NCBI GenBank assembly: GCA_946491735.1
Contig: CAMLYK010000001.1
Span: forward strand, 1,769 to 65,768
DNA: 64,000 nucleotides
Origin: an uncultured Clostridia bacterium
GTDB lineage: Bacteria > Bacillota > Clostridia > Christensenellales > UBA1242
Direction: 5' to 3'
Within the stretch, counting starts at the first letter, position 1. Every line of letters starts with the position of its first letter. The translations under genes and the position numbers were made by a program. Shown here in pieces: positions 57,423 through 64,000 of the stretch. The notes under the pieces were generated by a model. It saw only the letters and a program-made list of their open reading frames with translations. It was not told the DNA's origin and did no database searches.

Positions 57423-58319
57423 CTAATTATCCCCTATACATGAATTTCCCGCTTTGGCGCCATCCGCACAAGCAACAACAATTTGACGAAATTCTTTACT
57501 GATTATATCTCCACAAGCATACAAATTTTTCACACTTGTACGCATATTATCATCGACAATAATATATCCTGCTGGATTTGTGTCAATATCAAATTTAATA
57601 AAACTTATATCAGGCTCTTGACCAATTGCTATAAACAATCCATCAACATCAATTTTCTTTTTCTCACCGCCGACATCTACGGTAATTGCTTTCAACTTAT
57701 CTGATCCGTGCAACTGTTTGACTTGAGCATTCGTCAATATCTCCAAATTTTTTAGTTTCTTTATTTTCTTAATGGCGAACTCTCCCGCTCTAAACGTTTG
57801 TGAGCGATTGATTAGATAAATTTTTTTCGCGATTCTAGACAAATACTCCACATCTCCAACAGCTGTATTACCGCCGCCTACAACTGCCACTATTTTATCT
57901 TTAAAAAATCCACCATCACAACTAGCACAGTAACTGATTCCCTTACCTGTAAGCCTCTCTTCGTCTTTTAGCCCCAACTTGCGAGTTTTACATCCAGTTG
58001 CAATTATCACTTTCTTTGCTGTAAAAGTATCGTCCGCAGTTTTGACCACAAATCCAGACTTTGACTTTTCCAAACTTTTTACCGTTCCCCAAACCATTTT
58101 CAAGCCATTCTTTTCTGCTTGTTTGAATATCTTATCCGTCAAGTCAAAGCCAGATATTGCCTCAAAGCCAGGATAGTTAGCGATCTCATAAGAAAGAGAA
58201 GCTTGACCTCCTACTGCCAATTTTTCAATGCAAATACTGCTAAGTCCTGCTCGGCAAGTGAATATGCCTGCAGTCAACCCAGCGGGACCAGCACCAATGA
58301 TCAGCACATCTGATTTCAT
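57423..58319 (-). CDS. trxB: Thioredoxin-disulfide reductase
   Basis: Start re-called to ATG 58319 (MKSDVLIIGAGPAG). Redox motif YCASCDG and NADPH loop VVGGGNTAVGD. Confidence 0.88.
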   Translation of the reverse strand: MKSDVLIIGAGPAGLTAGIFTCRAGLSSICIEKLAVGGQASLSYEIANYPGFEAISGFDLTDKIFKQAEKNGLKMVWGTVKSLEKSKSGFVVKTADDTFTAKKVIIATGCKTRKLGLKDEERLTGKGISYCASCDGGFFKDKIVAVVGGGNTAVGDVEYLSRIAKKIYLINRSQTFRAGEFAIKKIKKLKNLEILTNAQVKQLHGSDKLKAITVDVGGEKKKIDVDGLFIAIGQEPDISFIKFDIDTNPAGYIIVDDNMRTSVKNLYACGDIISKEFRQIVVACADGAKAGNSCIGDN

Positions 58320-58573
58320 ATATATATTGTATCCCAAAAACAAATTTTTTCCAAACAAATTCAAATATTTTTGTAAAATAATTATATATAATTATAATTA
58401 GAAAATACAAAACTAAAATTAAAATTAAAATTTTGATATAAATGACAAAAAAATTTCATAAAATACTATAATAACCTTAATTTCAAAATTTCAACAATAA
58501 TTTATTTTTTTTATTGAAAAATATCAATAAAATCCGTCTGTTTTCATCATCTTTCTTCCAATGACGATACTCC

Positions 58574-58602
58574 TTGACAATTTCACAAAAGTATGATATC
58601 AT
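58574..58602 (+). promoter_or_regulatory. Sigma-70-type promoter of the ferredoxin gene
   Basis: TTGACA (58574..58579), 17-nt spacer ending in TGa (extended -10), TATCAT (58597..58602). Confidence 0.6.
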
Positions 58603-58627
58603 AGAATAATAATAAAAGGAGAGATTT

Positions 58628-58837
58628 ATGGTTGACGAAAAAAAGTGTATTACTTGTGGTGCTTGCGTGTCGATATGTCCAGTGGGTGCGATAAAGATAG
58701 TCAATGGAAAAGCGACCATCAATCAAAAAAAATGCATCAAATGCCAAAGTTGTGCACAATTTTGCCCCGTTGGAGCTATTGATATAAAAATAGAAGAAAA
58801 TACAGACACTAGCAAAAATAAAAATACAAAAAAATAA
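58628..58837 (+). CDS. 2x[4Fe-4S] ferredoxin
   Basis: 69 aa. CITCGACVSICP and CIKCQSCAQFCP. AAAGGAG RBS. Confidence 0.85.
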   Translation: MVDEKKCITCGACVSICPVGAIKIVNGKATINQKKCIKCQSCAQFCPVGAIDIKIEENTDTSKNKNTKK

Positions 58838-58873
58838 ACTATTTAAACAATTAAAAAACAATACATAAAAAAT

Positions 58874-58898
58874 AAAAATGCTTATTTTCAGCATTTTT
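58874..58898. terminator. Bidirectional terminator hairpin between ferredoxin and recN
   Basis: aaaaatgc / gcattttt stem with a 9-nt loop. A/T runs on both sides. Confidence 0.6.
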
Positions 58899-58906
58899 AT
58901 TTTTGT

Positions 58907-60601
58907 TTAATCATTCAACATTGCTTTATACTCATTTGATTTTTCTTTCAACTCTCTACTGATAGAAAGTCCATTTTGATTGATATTCGCTCCCATCAAT
59001 CTGGCAATTTCCGCATATAATTGATCGCCCTCTAACGTGGTGGCTTTTGTATGTGTAGTTATTTTGTCTGAATATTTTTCAACTTTTATATTGTTGTCAG
59101 CCATTGCACATATTTGAGGCAAGTGAGATATCGCAATTATCTGCTTTTTCTTGCTAAGTCTTGCCATATATTGTGCGACAACGCTAGCGATATTGCCACT
59201 CAGTCCACTATCTATTTCATCAAATATTATAGTTTGAATATCATCCACTTCACTGACAACAATTTTGTATGCCAATACAACTCTGCTCATCTCCCCGCCT
59301 GAAACGACTTTGTTCAATGGCTTCAATTCAAAACCAAGATTTGACGAAAACATAAACTCTACTCTATCCGCACCCATATACGAATATGGCTCAGAAATCT
59401 TAAAAAACTCTACATCCGCTCTTGCATTTGGCATACCTAATGACCTGAGTTCTGTCTGCAGTCTTTTAATCAAAGCAGACGCTGACTGTTTTCTAATATC
59501 AGTTAATTTTGACTGAATATTGTCAATTTTTGACAAAACCTTTTCCCTCTCATCAACTAATTCGTGATATCTTTCATGACTGTTAATCAAATTATCTAAT
59601 TTAAGACTAATGTCATTAAAATATTTCTGCATGCTGTCATAACTGCCACCATATTTTCTAAATAGACTCTTTATTAGATCTAATCTAGCGTCAATATAGT
59701 CAAATCTCTCTTGATCAAAAACATTATTTTGAATATCACTGATGATTGTTTCATTGATATCTTCCACTTCAATAAGCGCACTATTCAAACGTTCAAGCAA
59801 TTTTGAATAATGTTCATTTACATTACTGATCGACTGCATAGACTTTATCGCAATGGAAAGATTATCCACAACACTTGTGGAAAAATTGTTTTTGCAACAC
59901 ACGTCATAACAGTTTTTTAAACTGTCATTAATTTTTTCATATTGTTGCATCTCTTTTTTTTCATCGTTCAATTTTTCAAATTCGCCAGCCGATATCTTTG
60001 CCTCTTGAATTTCATTTATTTGAAAGGTATATAGATCTATTAGATTTTGTTTTTCTACTTCGTTTCCTCCGAGAGCCAAAATAGAGTTGTCAATTTCTTT
60101 AATCTTCTCAATTTTTTCGCGCAACGTAGAAAGATATCTGTCCGAACCTTTGCCGAACAGATCAATTATTTCAAGTTGATAATTGTTGTCTAAAATCGCA
60201 AGATGTTCGCTTTGACCATGCAAATCAATCAATTTTTGACAAATCTTTTTTGTGCTAGCGACTGGTACCAATTCTCCATTTACCTTGCAAATATTTTTGC
60301 CATTAATATCCAATTCGCGCGACAAAAACATCTCGTCGGACACTTCGACACCAATTTCATCGTCAATAAACTGTACTAATTTGTCAGAGATGTCATTGAA
60401 AATGACTTCAACACGCATGCGTTCGCAACCCGAACGAATTAGCGATCTATCCGCTCTACCACCAAAAACGAAACTCAACGCATCTAAAATGATACTTTTA
60501 CCCGCACCCGTTTCGCCACTTATGACATTGAGCCCACTATCAAAACTTAATACGACTTTATCAATCAAAGCCACATTTTCAATTTTCAGTGTGTTTAACA
60601 T
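58907..60601 (-). CDS. recN: DNA repair protein RecN
   Basis: 564 aa. Walker A ISGETGAGKSIILDAL, long coiled-coil middle, signature VSGGEMSRV and Walker B IIFDEIDSGLSG. Confidence 0.9.
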   Translation of the reverse strand: MLNTLKIENVALIDKVVLSFDSGLNVISGETGAGKSIILDALSFVFGGRADRSLIRSGCERMRVEVIFNDISDKLVQFIDDEIGVEVSDEMFLSRELDINGKNICKVNGELVPVASTKKICQKLIDLHGQSEHLAILDNNYQLEIIDLFGKGSDRYLSTLREKIEKIKEIDNSILALGGNEVEKQNLIDLYTFQINEIQEAKISAGEFEKLNDEKKEMQQYEKINDSLKNCYDVCCKNNFSTSVVDNLSIAIKSMQSISNVNEHYSKLLERLNSALIEVEDINETIISDIQNNVFDQERFDYIDARLDLIKSLFRKYGGSYDSMQKYFNDISLKLDNLINSHERYHELVDEREKVLSKIDNIQSKLTDIRKQSASALIKRLQTELRSLGMPNARADVEFFKISEPYSYMGADRVEFMFSSNLGFELKPLNKVVSGGEMSRVVLAYKIVVSEVDDIQTIIFDEIDSGLSGNIASVVAQYMARLSKKKQIIAISHLPQICAMADNNIKVEKYSDKITTHTKATTLEGDQLYAEIARLMGANINQNGLSISRELKEKSNEYKAMLND

Positions 60602-61590
60602 TATTTAACCATTTTTTCTCTAATTTGTTTATCAATTTCGTCAGCAATTTCAGGATGTGAAGTCAGATATGCTTTCACATTTTCCTTACCCTGACCAATT
60701 TTATCCGAATTATAACTAAACCAAGATCCGCTTTTTTCAACAATCCCCATATCAATAGCGGTATCAATTAAACAACCTAAAATAGAAATGCCTTCTCCGT
60801 ACATAATGTCAAATTCTGCAGATTTGAATGGTGGAGCAACTTTATTTTTCACAACTTTAATCTTTGTGCGTGAGCCTATAATGTCCTGACCACTTTTTAT
60901 AGTGTCTACCTTCCTTACATCCAGACGAACAGATGAATAAAATTTCAATGCTTTACCGCCCGGTGTCGTTTCCGGACTGCCGAACATAACGCCAACCTTT
61001 TCACGTAATTGGTTGATGAAAATAACCAATGTTTTACTCTTGGATGTAACACCAGTCAATTTTCGCAACGCTTGCGACATCAGACGCGCCTGCAGACCAA
61101 TGAAACTATCTCCCATCTCTCCATCAATTTCTGCCTTTGGAGTGAGAGCAGCAACCGAGTCAATGACCACAATATCAATTCCGCCACTGCGCACCAACTG
61201 TTCAGTTATCTCCAGCGCCTGTTCCCCAGTATCTGGCTGCGATACATACATCGCACCAATATCTACGCCCAATTTTTGAGCATATATTGGATCAAGTGCA
61301 TGCTCGGCATCAATAAATGCCGCCGTTCCACCCAATTTTTGAGCTTCCGCTATCACATGTAAAGCAACAGTGGTCTTACCACTGCTCTCTGGACCGTAAA
61401 TTTCCACAATCCTTCCACGTGGCAAACCACCAACGCCCAATGCTATATCGAGAGGCAAACACCCTGTAGGGATGACATCAATGCCTTCGTATAGATTTGT
61501 TTCATCCATTTTGATAATGGCACCTTTACCATATTGCTTTTCAATTTGAGCAATAGTTTGCTCCAATGCTTTTTTCTTCTCGTCTGTCAA
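60601..61590 (-). CDS. recA: Recombinase RecA (TTG start)
   Basis: 329 aa. [21 protein letters not shown] and [22 protein letters not shown]. The start codon is TTG, 5 nt after AAGGAGAG. The stop overlaps the recN start (TAATG). Confidence 0.93.
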   Translation of the reverse strand: MTDEKKKALEQTIAQIEKQYGKGAIIKMDETNLYEGIDVIPTGCLPLDIALGVGGLPRGRIVEIYGPESSGKTTVALHVIAEAQKLGGTAAFIDAEHALDPIYAQKLGVDIGAMYVSQPDTGEQALEITEQLVRSGGIDIVVIDSVAALTPKAEIDGEMGDSFIGLQARLMSQALRKLTGVTSKSKTLVIFINQLREKVGVMFGSPETTPGGKALKFYSSVRLDVRKVDTIKSGQDIIGSRTKIKVVKNKVAPPFKSAEFDIMYGEGISILGCLIDTAIDMGIVEKSGSWFSYNSDKIGQGKENVKAYLTSHPEIADEIDKQIREKMVK

Positions 61591-61623
61591 AATATCTCTC
61601 CTTAAATTTAAAATTCTAATCGT

Positions 61624-61652
61624 ATTTTATCAAATATATAAATAAATGTCAA
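61624..61652 (-). promoter_or_regulatory. Sigma-70-type promoter of recA-recN
   Basis: On the minus strand: TTGACA (61652..61647), 17-nt spacer, TAAAAT (61629..61624). Confidence 0.6.
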
Positions 61653-61663
61653 ACATTTGTTCG
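61650..61663 (-). promoter_or_regulatory. LexA/DinR SOS box (Cheo box)
   Basis: The minus strand reads CGAACAAATGTTTG. The Gram-positive consensus is CGAAC-RNRY-GTTYC/G. The box overlaps the -35 of the recA promoter. Confidence 0.6.
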
Positions 61664-61677
61664 ACATTTTTATTTTA

Positions 61678-62301
61678 TTATTCTTCAATATTTTCCTTTT
61701 TTCCTGCTTTTTTGTCTTCTTTCAAGCAATCTTTATTTTTGACCAAATAATTCACACCTGACACCACAGTCAAAACTGTAGCAATACCGAGCATGACAAA
61801 TGTGATGATTTCGAAAACTAAAACAAAAGTATCATTTAATGACAAGCTCGGAGTGTTGAAAAATGAAAGTAAAATTGCCATAGGCAGAGCAATCATCTGT
61901 ACCATAGTTTTAGCCTTGCCCCAAATATCTGCTGCAAGCACCACTCCTCTGTTCGCTGCCAACAAGCGCAACGCACTGACCATAAACTCACGTGCAATTA
62001 TGATAGTCACAATAATCGCTCCCCATGGGTTAGGAATCGTGCCGTCTGCGATGATTAAAAAGAAAACTGTTGATGTCAGAATCTTATCAGCAATAGGATC
62101 CAAAAACTTTCCAAAATTTGTCACCAGATTTCTGCTTCTTGCAATTTTCCCATCCAATAGATCGGTAAAAGCTGCAACAATAAAAAATATTAATGCCAAA
62201 ATTTTACCTATACCATACGGAATGAAATCAGCAAAATAAAAGAACATCATAAAAGGTATAAGGCAAATTCTCAGCACTGTCAATTTGTTAGGTAAATTCA
62301 T
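61678..62301 (-). CDS. pgsA: CDP-diacylglycerol--glycerol-3-phosphate 3-phosphatidyltransferase
   Basis: Start re-called to ATG 62301 (MNLPNKLTVLRI). CDP-alcohol motif DLLDGKIARSRNLVTNFGKFLDPIADK. Confidence 0.88.
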   Translation of the reverse strand: MNLPNKLTVLRICLIPFMMFFYFADFIPYGIGKILALIFFIVAAFTDLLDGKIARSRNLVTNFGKFLDPIADKILTSTVFFLIIADGTIPNPWGAIIVTIIIAREFMVSALRLLAANRGVVLAADIWGKAKTMVQMIALPMAILLSFFNTPSLSLNDTFVLVFEIITFVMLGIATVLTVVSGVNYLVKNKDCLKEDKKAGKKENIEE

Positions 62302-62417
62302 ATGTAACTCCAAAAATATTATATCAAACCAAACAAAAAACAACAAGCAAAATAAGCAATAATTTTACATATAATTATTTCATATCAGAATAAATTGAAA
62401 CCATAAAACAACAGTCG

Positions 62418-62630
62418 CTACCCTTTAAAACTGTCAACGCCTAAAATTTTATCAGATGAACAATTCAATTGTTTACATAATTTATATAGATTGATCAAAC
62501 TTGGTAGGCTTTTATCGTTTTCCCAATTTTCAATAGTGGATAGAGAAACATTCAGTTTGTCTGCAAGTGTCCGTTTTGTCATATTATAACTATTACGTAT
62601 GTTTATTAAATTTTTTGAAAATTCTATCAT
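62418..62630 (-). CDS. XRE-family helix-turn-helix protein (short)
   Basis: Start re-called to ATG 62630 (GGAGAAG RBS). 70 aa. MTKRTLADKLNVSLSTIENWENDKSLPS. It occupies the slot upstream of pgsA that an HTH protein (ymfM/rodZ) holds in Bacillus, but it has no TM segment. Confidence 0.65.
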   Translation of the reverse strand: MIEFSKNLINIRNSYNMTKRTLADKLNVSLSTIENWENDKSLPSLINLYKLCKQLNCSSDKILGVDSFKG

Positions 62631-62738
62631 ATCTTCTCCATCAATATGATAGCAAAAGAAAGAGGATAGATATCTTAAACTACAAAATACGACATATTTT
62701 GACAAAAACAATCGCAGTATGAAAAATTCTATTGAATA

Positions 62739-63209
62739 TTACTTACTTTCATCATCAGTTTTTTTATCATTAGATTCAACGCTATCAACTGTATTATTTG
62801 TATGCTTTTCAATTTTGTATTTATTCTTAGTTAATCCTACGACTTTTACCTCATCACCTAAACTAATTGAATCATCATAAATAACAGGAATTTTTATTGT
62901 GTTCACAAGGCAATAAAAATCCTCATCTTCCTTTATTAATAAACCAGTTTGATTGATGAATTTCAATTTGTCTTGATAATTTTTGAGCCAATTCACTGCT
63001 CTTTTTCGCAACAAAAATATAAGCAACAAGGCAGCTATTATAAATAGTGCAAATTGTAAAACTATATACCACACCGAATCAACACTTGATATACTCATAA
63101 AGAAGGGTATCACAGCAGAACATGAAAAAGCAGCGCCAAACAAATACATTGGCTTTATCAATTCTGCAATGAGTCCCAATACAATTACAACTAGCCAAAC
63201 ATAAAACAT
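62739..63209 (-). CDS. NfeD-like membrane protein
   Basis: 156 aa. Three N-terminal TM helices and a C-terminal OB-like domain (GDEVKVVGLTKNKYKIE). Confidence 0.55.
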   Translation of the reverse strand: MFYVWLVVIVLGLIAELIKPMYLFGAAFSCSAVIPFFMSISSVDSVWYIVLQFALFIIAALLLIFLLRKRAVNWLKNYQDKLKFINQTGLLIKEDEDFYCLVNTIKIPVIYDDSISLGDEVKVVGLTKNKYKIEKHTNNTVDSVESNDKKTDDESK

Positions 63210-63224
63210 GTCACAATATCCTCT

Positions 63225-63356
63225 CTAAAAAACTAAACGCGTTCTAAAACGACTTATTACACACGCAGAACACATGATGACCACAACCATTAATAAAGCG
63301 GCAAACAGTCCTACGAAGATTTTATTTTTAACTCCACTTTTATGCTCTCTCCTCAT
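63225..63356 (-). CDS. Possible 43-aa single-TM peptide
   Basis: Hand translation gives MRREHKSGVKNKIFVGLFAALLMVVVIMCSACVISRFRTRLVF. It lies just upstream of the NfeD-like gene. No clear SD, and it is below the ORF-track length cutoff. Confidence 0.3.
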   Translation of the reverse strand: MRREHKSGVKNKIFVGLFAALLMVVVIMCSACVISRFRTRLVF

Positions 63357-63414
63357 GTTTAGTTGTATAATATTTAAAGATTAAAAAGATAAACCATACT
63401 TATAAAATTATTTA

Positions 63415-64000
63415 TCAATAAAACTTAAAATTGCCCAATTTTTTTATTGAATCATAGAAAATTTGATGCATTTTCTTTTTATTCACTTTATAGGCAAAAT
63501 TCACATTCCCTTTTCTACTAAATGTGATAATTGTTTTGCCAGGTTGCTTATCTGTATCCACATCAAAGAAAGCTTTTTTTGTTTTGAAAATCTTAGGATA
63601 ACGCATGATCATGCACGCACAAGTATCATTGGTCGCAATTCGTCTGTCTGGATAATTATGTTCCCAATATCCAGAATAAATTTCATTGATAAATCTGCCC
63701 ACATCATTAATGGTCTTGATATATTCAACTTCTTCTTCAGTGAAATTTGCCAATTCTCTACCCATACGAGATGGTATAATAGTTATAGGAATGCCACTAT
63801 CAAGTACAATCTTGAACGCTTCTGGATCGGAAGACACATTGAAAGATATATACTCAACCCATTTACCCTCGCTCTTCAATCCATAAGGAGCACAACCTTC
63901 ACAATAAATATGATTGATCATGCCAACAACATCCGGATGACGAGTTATCAAATATCCTAAATTTGTATGTGGACCCAAAGCAAATATTATTATATCTTTT
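63415..64000 (-). CDS. Nucleoside hydrolase (IU-nucleoside hydrolase family), C-terminal part; the 5' end lies beyond the window end
   Basis: The frame stays open to the window edge (…IIIFALGPHTNLGYLITRHPDV…). The ALGPLTN-like block and the downstream TNDTCA block are typical of IU_nuc_hydro. Confidence 0.7.
   Translation of the reverse strand, partial: KDIIIFALGPHTNLGYLITRHPDVVGMINHIYCEGCAPYGLKSEGKWVEYISFNVSSDPEAFKIVLDSGIPITIIPSRMGRELANFTEEEVEYIKTINDVGRFINEIYSGYWEHNYPDRRIATNDTCACMIMRYPKIFKTKKAFFDVDTDKQPGKTIITFSRKGNVNFAYKVNKKKMHQIFYDSIKKLGNFKFY

Overview
AT-rich chromosome segment of about 60 genes that uses the standard genetic code: TGA ends genes (e.g. 4151..4153) and Trp is TGG. All calls come from reading the ORF track and sequence by eye and from remembered family motifs; no searches were run. 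The gene content (NrdDG, two DegV, a GT28 glycolipid synthase, a giant surface protein anchored by a TM helix rather than LPXTG) suggests a low-GC Firmicutes/Mollicutes-like anaerobe, but this is inference only.

Most of the window is housekeeping:
- Replication and repair: gyrB-gyrA, dnaB, and pgsA-recA-recN with a LexA-type SOS box at the recA promoter.
- Translation: argS, metG, typA, dtd, and one tRNA-Thr(GGU).
- Nucleotide and redox: nrdD-nrdG, prs, trxB, ferredoxin.
- Other: a RelA/SpoT homolog, hup, an HtrA-like protease, and a partial P-type ATPase and partial nucleoside hydrolase at the two window edges.

Four regions look accessory or unusual:
1. 2978-7981: a membrane glycolipid-type cluster with GT28, GT8 and three paralogous acyltransferases.
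2. 9841-12198: a tightly coupled operon of unknown small proteins next to tRNA-Thr. It has a YD-repeat-like toxin-like fragment and CPCC-like zinc-ribbon paralogs. Two genes carry single lesions: an in-frame TGA at a conserved Cys, and a -1 shift at an A7 A_AAA_AAA heptamer.
3. 15254-21686: an AT-rich patch with a self-contained 1270-aa DUF4011/SF1 helicase carrying a C-terminal DUF559-type nuclease domain. This is my best candidate for a defence gene. It sits with a Cys-rich orphan, an FkbM methyltransferase and a RadC/JAB protein.
4. 50254-58319: a trxB / 2018-aa adhesin / two YcxB-like genes operon.

I saw no rRNA, CRISPR array, transposase, integrase or reverse transcriptase.
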